NCBI GenBank assembly: GCA_963752285.1
Contig: CAVVXN010000005.1
Location: 2,048,001-2,112,000, forward strand
Source of the DNA: an uncultured Planctomycetota bacterium
Lineage (GTDB): Bacteria; Planctomycetota; PLA2; JAEUHO01
Length of the DNA stretch: 64,000 nucleotides
Direction of reading: 5' to 3'
Below the pieces are notes generated by a model that worked only from the letters and a program-made list of their open reading frames with translations, was not told the origin of the DNA and ran no database searches. Each line of letters opens with the position of its first letter. Within the stretch, counting starts at the first letter, position 1. Shown here piece by piece: positions 27,702 through 37,565 of this stretch. The position numbers were made by a program, and so were the translations under genes.

Positions 27702-29057
27702 GTGAAGATCCTGATCGTCGACGACGAGGTCGCCATCCGGGAGAGCCTCGACCTGGTGCTCCGGTACGAGCGGCACGAGACGGTGCTCGCGGAGAACGGG
27801 GACCGCGCGCTCGAGCTCCTGCAGGACCACCCTGACATCGACCTGACCTTCCTGGACATCAAGATGCCGGGGACCGACGGCCTCGACGTGCTCTCCGAGG
27901 TCGTCCGGCGCCGCCCCGACGCGGTCGTGGTGATGATCTCGGGGCACGGCACGATCGAGACCGCGGTCGAGGCGACGAAGCGAGGCGCGTTCGACTTCAT
28001 CGAGAAGCCGCTCGACCGGGACCGCGTGCTCCTCGTGGTCCGAAACGCCTCCCGGCTCCGCCGGCTCGCGGGCGAGAACGTGGAGCTTCGCGGCCGCCTC
28101 GCCGACAGCTCGCAGCGGATGCTCGGCCAGAGCCCCGGTCTCGAGGCGCTCCGGCGCCTCGTCCAGAAGGTCGCGCCGACGCCGGCGCGCGTGTTGATCC
28201 AGGGCGAGAACGGGTCGGGCAAGGAGCTCGTCGCGCGGATGATCCACGAGATGAGCGACCGCGCGGCGGGCCCGTTCGTGGACGTGAACTGCGCCGCGAT
28301 CCCGAAGGAGCTCCTCGAGAGCGAGCTCTTCGGACACGAGAAGGGCTCGTTCACGGGCGCCACGGAGCGGCGCAAGGGCAAGTTCGAGCAGGCGCACACG
28401 GGGACGCTCTTCCTCGACGAGGTCGGCGACATGTCGACCGACGCGCAGGCCAAGGTGCTGCGCGTGATCGAGGAACAGCGCGTGCAGCGCGTAGGGGGGA
28501 CGGAGCCGATCCCCGTGGACGTGCGGCTCGTCGCGGCGACGAACAAGGACCTGGAGAAGGAGGCCGAGACGGGCGGCTTCCGCGAGGACCTCTACTACCG
28601 GCTCGCCGTCGTCCCCATGCGCGTCCCGCCCCTCCGGGAGCGACCGGACGACGTGCCGATCCTCACGAAGCACTTCCTCCGCCACTTCGCGGCCACCCTC
28701 GGCCGGCCGGGGCTCGAGCCGACCGAGCCGGCGCTCGGGTGGCTCGCCCGCCAGCCGTGGCCCGGCAACATCCGGCAGCTGAGGAACCTGATGGAGCGCG
28801 CGACGATCCTCCTCGAGGGGGAGAAGCTCGACGTACGCGACCTCGAGCGCCTGACCGGCCCGGACGCCTCCGGCGGCACCCCCATGGACGTGTTCAAGAC
28901 CTGCGCCACGTTCGAGGAGTTCAAGGAGACCGCGGAGCGGCTCTTCCTCCAGCAGCGCCTGGCCGAGAACGACTGGAACGTGAAGCGGACGGCCGAGCTG
29001 CTGGGGATGCAGCGGAGCAACCTCTACAAGAAGATCGAGAGGTACGGCCTGAAGTAG
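27702..29057 (+). CDS. Sigma-54-dependent response regulator (NtrC/NtrX family)
   Basis: REC domain (ILIVDDE, LDIKMPG), GENGSGKE, ESELFGHEKGSFTGA, FREDLYYRL, WPGNIRQL, Fis-type HTH. Confidence 0.96.
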   Translation: MKILIVDDEVAIRESLDLVLRYERHETVLAENGDRALELLQDHPDIDLTFLDIKMPGTDGLDVLSEVVRRRPDAVVVMISGHGTIETAVEATKRGAFDFIEKPLDRDRVLLVVRNASRLRRLAGENVELRGRLADSSQRMLGQSPGLEALRRLVQKVAPTPARVLIQGENGSGKELVARMIHEMSDRAAGPFVDVNCAAIPKELLESELFGHEKGSFTGATERRKGKFEQAHTGTLFLDEVGDMSTDAQAKVLRVIEEQRVQRVGGTEPIPVDVRLVAATNKDLEKEAETGGFREDLYYRLAVVPMRVPPLRERPDDVPILTKHFLRHFAATLGRPGLEPTEPALGWLARQPWPGNIRQLRNLMERATILLEGEKLDVRDLERLTGPDASGGTPMDVFKTCATFEEFKETAERLFLQQRLAENDWNVKRTAELLGMQRSNLYKKIERYGLK

Positions 29058-29256
29058 GGCGCGGCGCGTCCGCGATCCCCGTGAGGGGACACACGAGCGT
29101 CCACGGTCGGGGAACGCCCGCCGCCTTGGACCCGCGACGGGACGGCGGCGGCTTCCGAGGCGGGCGAGCGGTATCGTGGTCCGCCGGTACCGGCCCGGAT
29201 CGCGGGGCGCGGCACCGACTTTGCGGTCCCGAAAGGTCCTCGGAGGACCCTCCCTC

Positions 29257-29742
29257 ATGCCGGCCGGCCGCCCGCCGCTCCCTGGCTTGGCCCGGACCCT
29301 CGGTCTGGCGGCCGGGCTGCTGTTCCTGTCCGCGCTCCCGGCGCGGGCCACGGAGGACGGCGCCGACCGGGCATTCCACACCGTCGTCACGGCGTGGAAG
29401 ACCCGGTGCGCGGGCGACGTCGCCCAGGCGATGGAGGACGAGGGGTCGCTCCGGATCGGGCTCCTCTCCCCGCGCGTCACCGGCACGTACCGGAGCGCGC
29501 AGGCGAAGCGGACGCTCGGCGACTATTTCGACCGGGTCTCGGCGGTCACGCTGAAGGACGTGACCCCGCGCGGGCAGAAGGACGCGCGCGGCTACCGGGT
29601 CCGGACCTTCGAGTACCGCTACCAGCCGCAGGGCCAGGACCCGCAGACGGCGCTCCTCGCGATCACGCTGAAGGCGGACCGAGGGCAGCGCTGGCACCTC
29701 GTGGCCGTGGAGGAACGCCCGGCGCGTCGGGACGTGGGTTGA
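29257..29742 (+). CDS. Exported protein, DUF4783-like
   Basis: Signal peptide; GTYRSAQAKRTLGDYF resembles the DUF4783 motif. Confidence 0.65.
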   Translation: MPAGRPPLPGLARTLGLAAGLLFLSALPARATEDGADRAFHTVVTAWKTRCAGDVAQAMEDEGSLRIGLLSPRVTGTYRSAQAKRTLGDYFDRVSAVTLKDVTPRGQKDARGYRVRTFEYRYQPQGQDPQTALLAITLKADRGQRWHLVAVEERPARRDVG

Positions 29743-32700
29743 CCCCGCTCCGGCCTCGGCGGCTCGCGGTCCTCGTGCCCGCGACCCTCCTCGTGGTGGC
29801 GGCGGGCATCGAGCTGCTCGGCCTCGGCTCGAGCTCCGTCGAGGCGTGGAGGGACGACCTGCTCTCCCGCGCGGCGGACGGGATCGAGCGGGACCTCGCC
29901 CGCCAGGTCCGCCGGCTCTCGGCCGCGCTGCGGGAGGCCCCCGCCGGCCTCGACGTACCGCGCGGCCGCATGGCGGCCCTGGAGGCGGTTCGCGAGAGGA
30001 CGCACGTAGACGGCCTCGACTGGGCGGGACCCGACGGCCGCCACGCGTGGGCGGGACGCCCCGTGGACGGGCCCGACGACCCGCCGCCCCTTCCCTGGCG
30101 CGACTCCTTCCGGCACGGCGGCCTTCTCTACCACCGCGGCCCGTACCTCGCGGCCCTGACCGCGGGTCCCGTCCCCGCCGCCGGCGGAGCCCTCGAGGCG
30201 ACCGTCGTGCTCGAGGCCACCGGACCGAGCGAGCGGCAGCGGCCCTACGAAGAGCGGTGGCTCGCGCCGTACGGCCTCGAACGGGTCGAGGTCCTCCCGC
30301 CCGACCGGCCCCTGGCCGCCGAGGAGGGCACGCTCGACTTCCTCGTGCGCGGACCGCCCGACCCCAAGGCCGGGCCCGGCGGGGAGGGCGAGCCCGCGCT
30401 TCGCGTGCGCCTGGTCGCGCCGGGCGACGCGGCCATCCTGGACCGGATCGACGAGGCGCGGCGCGGGTGGACGGGCCTCGCGTGGCTCCTCCTCTCTACC
30501 GCGCTCGGCGTGCTCGCGACGGGCCTCCTCCTCCGCTACGTGCGGGCGGGCGCCGGGCGCCGCCTCGTCCTCGCGGTCCTCGTCCTCGTCCTCCGGGGCC
30601 TGCTCGTGCCGATCGACCTCCCCGGTCGTTGGCCCGCGCTCGCGGCGGCGTTCGACCCCTCGGACTTCGGCATCCCCGGCGCGCTCGGCTGGCTCGCCTC
30701 GCCCGCGGACCTCGCGCTCTCCGGCGCGGCCCTGCTCGCCGCGTTCGCGCTCGCCGCGGCGGCCCTCGTCCACGTCCGGCCGCCCCGGCGTCCGGCGCTC
30801 CGCGCGAGCTTCGCCATCGGGGGCCCGCTCCTCTGCGGTGGTCTCACGGCGCTCCACCTCGACCTCGTGCGCGTGGTCGTGGTGCAGAGCCAGGCCCCGT
30901 TCTTCGAGACCACGTCCTTCCTCCCGTCGCTCCCCTCGGCGCTCCTCCTGCTCGGGCTCGTGGCCTGGACCGCGACCGCGTGGGTGATCGCGGCGACGAC
31001 ACTCTGGCTCGCGACGCTCGCCCTGCCGCGCCTCGCCCACCCGCTCCGGATCCTCCTCCCCGCCCTCCTGGCCGTCGGTGTCGCGTTCCTCCTCGCGGAC
31101 GGCCCCCTTCCGGCGTGGGCGCCGTGCCTCCTTCCCCTCTCGACGCTCTTCGCGCGCCTGCGCCCCGGCGACGAGGCGGTCACGACGGTGCCGAGCGCGA
31201 GTCTGCTCGTGGGCGTGCTCGCCACGTTCCTGCTCTTCCCGCTGCTCTGGTCGGAGGTGTGCGCGCGGCGCGTCTTCACGCTCGCAACGACCCTCGACGA
31301 CCTGCTCCGGAAGGAGGCGTCGCTTCGCGGCGCGACGCTCTACGAGCTCGAGTCGGCGCGAGGCGACGCGACGCTGAAGAACGTGCTCCGGGCGGCGCGG
31401 GACGGCCCGACGCCGGAAGCCCTCGGCCTCTACCTCTGGCGGCGTTCGTTCCTCGCGGAGCCCGGCGAGCACGGCGTGGTGAGCGTGCTCTACCCCGACG
31501 GCCGCCTCCTCGACGACTTCTCGCTCACGCCGCTGCCGCGCGGACGGGTCCCCCTCCCGGCGCCGCCGGCCGAAGGGGCCGGGGACGTGCAGGTGGTGAC
31601 GGCGCGCGGCGACGGCAACGACCTGCGGGCGGTCGTGGGCCGCGCGCTCGTCCGCGACGAGGACGGCACGCCGCTCGGCGTGGTGGTCCTCACGGTGCCC
31701 GAGCCGATCGACCTGGCCTTCCTCGGTCCCGAGGTGCTCGGCGGCGCGACCGGCGACGCGCCGACGCAGGCCGGCGTGCGCGCGTTCGACCTGGCGTTCG
31801 CGATGCTCGTGGACGGTCGCGTCGTCCGTGCGAGCGACCCGACGGTGGCGCAGCGCGCGGACACGTTCGGCCCGCCGCTCCTCCGCGAGGTGGGACCCGC
31901 GCGGTCCACCCTCACGTGGCAGAACGGCGACGAGGAGGGACACGCGGTGTGGTCGCCCGAGCGGGGGGCGGTCGTGGCGGTCCGCCGTGACGCGCCGAGC
32001 CCCGCCGACACGGTCCTCGCGCTCGCGCGTCTCGTCACGCTCGGCGTCGGCGCGGCGTGCCTCGTCGCGCTCGTCACGCTGCTCCTCGGCGCGCCGTCGT
32101 GGCGGCCGCGGCTCCAGCACCGGCTGCTCCTCTCCTACTTCGGCATCTCGTTCCTCCCCATCCTGCTCCTCGGCCTCGCGACGGCGCGGGAGGTCCGCCT
32201 CCGACACAACGCGTACCTGTCGCAGCGCCTCGAGACCGACGTGCGGCGCGCCCGCACGGACCTCGAGGCGATGGGCACGCAGGTGTTCGACCAGGCCTCC
32301 GAGGCGAACCTCGTGCGCTGGGCGAACCAGCGCCGCCACGACCTCCTGCTCTACCGCGACGGCGAGGTCCTCGCGACGAGCCGCTCGGGCCTGGTCGAGG
32401 CCGAGGTCCTGCCGTCGCGTCTTCCGCCCGACGCGTGGCGCGCCACGGTGCGCGAACGACGCGAGATCGTACGTCGAGAGGCGGTGTTCGCGGGGCACCC
32501 CGTCTGGTTCGGCTACGCGCCGGTCCTGGACGACCGCGGGCGCGTCCTCGCGACGGTCGGCGTGCCCCTGCTCTACGACAAGGACCTGGTCGCCGAGGAG
32601 CTCGCCGTCACGGGCAACGTGCTGGTCGCGGCGTACCTCTTCGCGCTGGTCCTCGTGCTCGTGAGCGGACTGTGGACCGCGCGTCGCCTGACCCGGCCCA

Positions 32701-33548
32701 TCCGGCTCCTCGCGGCAGGCACGCGCCGCGTGACCGCGGGCGAGCTCGACGTCGTGCTCAGGCCCGAGGGCCGGGACGAGCTGGGCGACCTCGTCGCGGC
32801 GTTCAACGCGATGACCCGGGCGCTTCGCGAGGCCACGGACCGGGCGATCCGCGCCGAGCGTGAGTCGGCCTGGCGCCGCATGGCCCGCCAGGTGGCGCAC
32901 GAGATCAAGAACCCCCTCACGCCGATCCGGCTGATGATCCAGCAGATGAAGGCGGAGGCCGACCGCGACCCCGCGCGCGCGCCCGAGGCGATCCGCCGCA
33001 CCGCGCCGGTGGTCCTGCGGCAGATCGAGGCCCTCGGCCGGATCGCGGGCGACTTCGCGCAGTACGCGCGGCTCCCCCGCCGCGACATCTCGGACGTGGA
33101 CGTCGGCGCGCTCGTGGACGACGTGGTGCTGCTCCACGCCGGCAGCGCCGCGGAGGGCGTGGAGGTCGCCGGCGACCGGCCCGACGAACTCCCGGCGGTC
33201 CGCTGGGACGCCGAGGAGCTGAGGCGCGTGCTCGTGAACCTCGTCGGGAACGCCGTCCAGGCGATCCGAGGGTCGGGACACGTGGTGGTCCGGGCACGGC
33301 CGCGCTCCCTCCGGGGCCGGGACGGGGTGACGGTCGAGGTCACCGACGACGGCGTGGGGATCCCCCCCGAGAATCTCGAGCGGATCTTCGAGCCCGACTT
33401 CAGCACGAGGACCGCGGGGACCGGGCTGGGCCTCGCCATGGTCCGCCGCACCGTGGACGATATGGGAGGCACGGTCGAGGTCGAGAGCGAGCCCGGTCGG
33501 GGCAGCACCTTCAGGCTGTGGTGGCCCCTCCGGGGCGCATCCGCGTAG
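29739..33548 (+). CDS. Large multi-pass sensor histidine kinase (NtrY-like, HAMP + HisKA + HATPase)
   Basis: DELGDLVAAFNAM, AWRRMARQVAHEIKNPLTPI, NLVGNA, DDGVGI, GTGLGL. Confidence 0.93.
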   Translation: MTPLRPRRLAVLVPATLLVVAAGIELLGLGSSSVEAWRDDLLSRAADGIERDLARQVRRLSAALREAPAGLDVPRGRMAALEAVRERTHVDGLDWAGPDGRHAWAGRPVDGPDDPPPLPWRDSFRHGGLLYHRGPYLAALTAGPVPAAGGALEATVVLEATGPSERQRPYEERWLAPYGLERVEVLPPDRPLAAEEGTLDFLVRGPPDPKAGPGGEGEPALRVRLVAPGDAAILDRIDEARRGWTGLAWLLLSTALGVLATGLLLRYVRAGAGRRLVLAVLVLVLRGLLVPIDLPGRWPALAAAFDPSDFGIPGALGWLASPADLALSGAALLAAFALAAAALVHVRPPRRPALRASFAIGGPLLCGGLTALHLDLVRVVVVQSQAPFFETTSFLPSLPSALLLLGLVAWTATAWVIAATTLWLATLALPRLAHPLRILLPALLAVGVAFLLADGPLPAWAPCLLPLSTLFARLRPGDEAVTTVPSASLLVGVLATFLLFPLLWSEVCARRVFTLATTLDDLLRKEASLRGATLYELESARGDATLKNVLRAARDGPTPEALGLYLWRRSFLAEPGEHGVVSVLYPDGRLLDDFSLTPLPRGRVPLPAPPAEGAGDVQVVTARGDGNDLRAVVGRALVRDEDGTPLGVVVLTVPEPIDLAFLGPEVLGGATGDAPTQAGVRAFDLAFAMLVDGRVVRASDPTVAQRADTFGPPLLREVGPARSTLTWQNGDEEGHAVWSPERGAVVAVRRDAPSPADTVLALARLVTLGVGAACLVALVTLLLGAPSWRPRLQHRLLLSYFGISFLPILLLGLATAREVRLRHNAYLSQRLETDVRRARTDLEAMGTQVFDQASEANLVRWANQRRHDLLLYRDGEVLATSRSGLVEAEVLPSRLPPDAWRATVRERREIVRREAVFAGHPVWFGYAPVLDDRGRVLATVGVPLLYDKDLVAEELAVTGNVLVAAYLFALVLVLVSGLWTARRLTRPIRLLAAGTRRVTAGELDVVLRPEGRDELGDLVAAFNAMTRALREATDRAIRAERESAWRRMARQVAHEIKNPLTPIRLMIQQMKAEADRDPARAPEAIRRTAPVVLRQIEALGRIAGDFAQYARLPRRDISDVDVGALVDDVVLLHAGSAAEGVEVAGDRPDELPAVRWDAEELRRVLVNLVGNAVQAIRGSGHVVVRARPRSLRGRDGVTVEVTDDGVGIPPENLERIFEPDFSTRTAGTGLGLAMVRRTVDDMGGTVEVESEPGRGSTFRLWWPLRGASA

Positions 33549-33560
33549 GATGTCCGCCCC

Positions 33561-35825
33561 ATGGCCGCCGACGAGAAGAAGTACCCGTCCTTCTTCTGTC
33601 CGCAGTGCGGCCAGAAGCATCGCGCGGACCTGAGCCCGCTCGAGGGACACCCGGACTCCCTCATGCGCACGCGGTGCCGCGGATGCGGGGTCCCGTTGAC
33701 CGTCGGGCTCGAGAAGGGGAAGCCGCGGTGCCTCGTCGCCGTGGACGAGGTGGCGGACCCGACGGACGACAAGGGGAGCGACCCGGGCCTCGAGGTCGGG
33801 GCGAAGGCCGGAAGGTACGTGGTCGAGGCGAAGCTCGGCGAGGGCTCGACCTCGATGGTGTACCGCGCGCTCGACCCCGAGACGAAGCGGACGGTCGCGC
33901 TGAAGGTGCTCCGCAAGGGATCGCCGTACGACGTCCGCGCGCGGTTCGTCCACCAGCTCGAGGTGCAGGGCGCGATCCGCCATCCGAACGTGCTCCCGAT
34001 CTACGACCGCGGCTCGCTCCCCGACGGCCGGCCGTTCTTCGCCTCCGAGCTCCTGACCTCGCCCCGCACGCTCGAGCAGGTCGTCCAGGAGGCCCGCTCG
34101 ACCAGCGGGGAGGACGGCGCGGTGCGGTCGCTCGTCGAGGACGTGCTCCTGCCCGTCGCCGAGGGCGTGTACGTCGCGAACGTCGAGAACGGCGTGGTCC
34201 ACCGCGACCTCGAGCCGCGAAACGTCCTCGTCGAGCCGGCGACCCACCGGCCGTACCTGGCCGACTTCGGGTACGCCGCCGAGCCCGACGGCCCGGACAC
34301 GTCGGGCCGGCAAGGCGAGGTCCCCCTCTCTCCCTACATCGCCCCGGAGACCGCGACGGGGCGCGTGCACGCCCGGACCGACGTGTGGGGGCTCGGCGGC
34401 CTCCTCCAGCTCGTCCTGACCGGGAACCCGCCGCTCGAGGGGAGCGGCGACCGCCTGCTCCAGGCGGCCGCGGCCGGACGGGTGCGCCCGCTCCCCGACG
34501 ACACGGCGCCGGCCCTCGCGGCCGTGACCAGGAAGGCCCTCGCGCGCGATCCGGAGCAGCGCTACGTGAACGCGCGCCAGATGGCGGCCGACCTCCGCGC
34601 CTGGCTCCGGGGCGGCTGGGTCCGCGCCGTGGACGAGTTCGGCGGGCGCGAGGCGCAGCGCGTGGAGACACGCGTCCAGCTCGCGCGCCTGGGCCGCGGC
34701 GCGCTCTGGGTGGCCGGGGGCCTCGTGGTGGGACTCCTCCTCGGCAGCCGGATCCGTCTCGGCGGCGAGGGGGGACCGCCGCCCGCCCTGACGGCGCTCG
34801 CGGCCGACCTGAACGGCCTCGACCGCGAGATCACGTCGCTCGTGCCCCGGTCCGGCACGTGGGCCGACGAGGACGCCGCCGGGGTCTGGAAGGCGCTCCA
34901 GTCGCGTTTCGACTCGCTCGCGAGGCGCGTCGCCGCGCTTCCCGACTCGCCCGCGAGGCGGTCGATCGAGCAGCGCCTCGCGTTCGTGCGCGCGCGGGTG
35001 GACACCGGGCGGGTCCGGTACGAGGGCCCGCCGGGGGAGTCGCTCGTCGCGAAGAGCGTCCTCCTCGGCCAGGAGGTCCAGCTCGAGGCCGGCGGACCCG
35101 CGGTGCAGCTCGCGCCCGGCATCGAGACGGTGCGCGACGCGAGGAGCGGCGCGTTCGGCTTCCTGGCGCACCGCCCGCTCGCCATCCACGCGCCCGGGTC
35201 GAACGACCAGCTGCCCGAGTCCACGTGGAAGCTCCCCCCCGAGGTGTCGAAGGCGACGGGCGCCCTCGCGTGCGTCGAGGGCGGCCCGGTGCTGCCGCGA
35301 CGTCCGCCGTGGTCGTCGCCGGTGCCGGCGATCGCCGTGGCGTCGTTCCTGATGGACCGGCGCCCGGTGACGAACGAGCGCTACCTGCAGTTCCTCACGA
35401 TCCAGCCCGCCGAGGCGAGGAAGGACCTCCTGCCGGCGACGGGCTTCGCCTTCGACGAGGAGCAGAAGATCGCGCGCCTGGCCGACGCGAGTGCGGACGC
35501 GCCGGTCGTGGGCGTGAGCCTGGCGGCCGCGAAGGCGTACGCGACGTGGCGCACGGCGGAGGAGGGCCGTTTGGTCCGGCTTCCGACGGAGGCCGAGTGG
35601 GTCCTCGCGGCGGGCGCGTGGGACGACCCCCGGATCCCGCCCGCGCCGTATGGGGTGTACGGGCTCCTCGACGCGCCGCGAGAGATCGTGATCTCGGCCG
35701 ACGGCGAGGCGCTCGTGAGGGGCCCGGCGTCGGAGGACGCACCGCGCGGCGCGAGCGTGTTCGGCGTGACGCCGCTGACGGCGGAGACACCCGCCGGCTT
35801 CCGCCTGGTCCGCCCCCTGGACTGA
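33561..35825 (+). CDS. Hanks-type protein kinase-like protein with N-terminal Zn ribbon, TM and C-terminal FGE-sulfatase (SUMF1)-like domain
   Basis: CPQC/CRGC; VALKVL, HRDLEPRN, DFG, YIAPE, DVWGLG; FGE-like motifs PVTNERYLQF, PVVGVS, RLPTEAEW, GFRLV. Confidence 0.88.
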   Translation: MAADEKKYPSFFCPQCGQKHRADLSPLEGHPDSLMRTRCRGCGVPLTVGLEKGKPRCLVAVDEVADPTDDKGSDPGLEVGAKAGRYVVEAKLGEGSTSMVYRALDPETKRTVALKVLRKGSPYDVRARFVHQLEVQGAIRHPNVLPIYDRGSLPDGRPFFASELLTSPRTLEQVVQEARSTSGEDGAVRSLVEDVLLPVAEGVYVANVENGVVHRDLEPRNVLVEPATHRPYLADFGYAAEPDGPDTSGRQGEVPLSPYIAPETATGRVHARTDVWGLGGLLQLVLTGNPPLEGSGDRLLQAAAAGRVRPLPDDTAPALAAVTRKALARDPEQRYVNARQMAADLRAWLRGGWVRAVDEFGGREAQRVETRVQLARLGRGALWVAGGLVVGLLLGSRIRLGGEGGPPPALTALAADLNGLDREITSLVPRSGTWADEDAAGVWKALQSRFDSLARRVAALPDSPARRSIEQRLAFVRARVDTGRVRYEGPPGESLVAKSVLLGQEVQLEAGGPAVQLAPGIETVRDARSGAFGFLAHRPLAIHAPGSNDQLPESTWKLPPEVSKATGALACVEGGPVLPRRPPWSSPVPAIAVASFLMDRRPVTNERYLQFLTIQPAEARKDLLPATGFAFDEEQKIARLADASADAPVVGVSLAAAKAYATWRTAEEGRLVRLPTEAEWVLAAGAWDDPRIPPAPYGVYGLLDAPREIVISADGEALVRGPASEDAPRGASVFGVTPLTAETPAGFRLVRPLD

Positions 35826-36024
35826 CCCCGTTTCGACGTACGGAGCCAGAGCAATTCGTCCGAATCGGACGCGGCGGACGCGCCCCACAACCTTCGCGCC
35901 GGGCCCGGAGACGGGGTTGGAACGGGGCCGCACGTCGTCTCCGACCCGGCCTCGTCGGGACGCCGGGCCGAACGCGGAGAGCCGGGCGCCCACGCGGCGG
36001 CGCGGCGCGGTGCGGCGGAGCGCC

Positions 36025-37521
36025 TCACCTCGCGACGATCACGAGCCCGCGGACCTCGCCGTCCGCGAGCGTGACCGGGACGCTCCCGGTCCGGCTTCCC
36101 CACCTCGCGACGACGGACCACGTGCCGGGCTCGACGCGGGCGAACGTCCGCCGTCCGTCGGGTCCCGTGAACGGGTCCACACGCTGGACTCCGTCCGCGA
36201 CGTCGAACACGCGCGCGCCCTCGACCTCGACCCGCGCCGACGGTCGCGATCGGCCCGCCTCGTCGGTCACGAGCACGTGAAGATTTGCGCCGTAGGGCTC
36301 CTGCAGCACGACCGACGTCTCGTCACCCGCGGCGAGGTCCACCGTGGCGACCGCGTCGAATCGACCCTCCGCCGTCGCCACGAGCCGCCTCTCGCCCGGC
36401 TCGAGGCCTTCGAGCCGGACCTCGCCGCTCTCGTCCGTTGTGTGCCCGAGCACGTCGGCTCGGGCGACGGGGTCGCCGTCGCATCCGATCACGCGAACGT
36501 AAACGCGTGCCGACGGCTCGCCCTGGGGAGAGAGCGCGGAGTCCCCGTCCCGGTCGAACTCGCACGAGAGATCGTTCTCCGTCTCGACGATGTCCGACGG
36601 CTGCCGGTCGCGAAGCGGCTCTCGGAGGCGGACGACGCACCTCCAGGATGCATCGTCGCGCGCGGGGACCTCCGTGCAAAGGTCGACCGAGGCTGGCGGC
36701 TCCCCGGCAGGGACCTCCTCGATCTCGACCAGCTCGGCTTCGAGCGCCGGCGCGTACGTGCTCGCGAACGTCACGGCCACCGGTTCCCCGGAGAGGGCGG
36801 GGATGCCGGCGATGCGGAGCACGCCGGGCGACTCCTCGAAGGCGTCGCACGACCCCCAGAGACGCCCGGCGACCCACAGGCGGGCGACCGTCACGCCCGG
36901 CGCGGGCCGGCCATCCGGGTCGAGAACCGTCACGTGGAGCACGGCTTCCGGCCACAGCGGCACGACGGCGACGACCTCGCGGACGTGCGCCCCGTAGGAA
37001 GGGACCTGGATCCGCTCCTCGGGGTCCTCGAGGACGTGACCCGCCGGCGCGTACACCCGAAACAGGGGCAGGCCCGGGAGCTCCGGCATCTCCCTGGACT
37101 CGCCCGAGTCGAGGTCGGGGATCACACGGAACGCCGGCGGCGTCGGGGTCGGCGCGCGCATCCACGTGAACGTCTCCGCGATCGCGGAGGGGGCCCAGGT
37201 CGAAGCAACGGGCCGACCGGAGCGTGCATCCACGGTCTCCACCCGAAGCGGCACGCGGCGGCCCGCCGGCGGTCCGCCCTCCACGGCGGGCGCGCCCGCG
37301 TCGGCCGCCCGAGGGTGACCCGCGGTCGGACCCGCGCCCCCCGGCTCGGCGCTTCCGACGAGCCGCGCCGGCTCGCTCTCCTCCGACGGCGCCTCGCGCC
37401 GCGCTGCGCGGTCGAGCGCCGCGCCGCCCGGCTCCTCGCGCGTCCTCGTCGCGAGGACGAGGACGACCCCCGCGACGCCGAGCGCCGAGAGGCCGAGCAG
37501 CCGAAGCCGTCGCCCGTCCAC
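36025..37521 (-). CDS. Membrane-anchored carboxypeptidase-regulatory-like (beta-sandwich) domain protein
   Basis: N-terminal TM; repeated V.D.DGRP / TDESGEVRLEGLEPG / TGPDGRRTFARVEPG modules; TAGACT -10 box 6 nt before GTG. Confidence 0.72.
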   Translation of the reverse strand: MDGRRLRLLGLSALGVAGVVLVLATRTREEPGGAALDRAARREAPSEESEPARLVGSAEPGGAGPTAGHPRAADAGAPAVEGGPPAGRRVPLRVETVDARSGRPVASTWAPSAIAETFTWMRAPTPTPPAFRVIPDLDSGESREMPELPGLPLFRVYAPAGHVLEDPEERIQVPSYGAHVREVVAVVPLWPEAVLHVTVLDPDGRPAPGVTVARLWVAGRLWGSCDAFEESPGVLRIAGIPALSGEPVAVTFASTYAPALEAELVEIEEVPAGEPPASVDLCTEVPARDDASWRCVVRLREPLRDRQPSDIVETENDLSCEFDRDGDSALSPQGEPSARVYVRVIGCDGDPVARADVLGHTTDESGEVRLEGLEPGERRLVATAEGRFDAVATVDLAAGDETSVVLQEPYGANLHVLVTDEAGRSRPSARVEVEGARVFDVADGVQRVDPFTGPDGRRTFARVEPGTWSVVARWGSRTGSVPVTLADGEVRGLVIVAR

Positions 37522-37565
37522 GTCCGGAGTCTACCGCGCCGTCGCGCCGAAAGGCCCGCGCCCGG

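Noticed and set aside
29619..35993. 2124-aa minus-strand ORF (and similar giants at 11561..16375, 52224..56243, 4569..8033, 22781..26203)
   Set aside because: Shadow or alternate-frame ORFs from high GC; Arg/Pro/Gly-rich with no motifs, overlapping well-supported genes.
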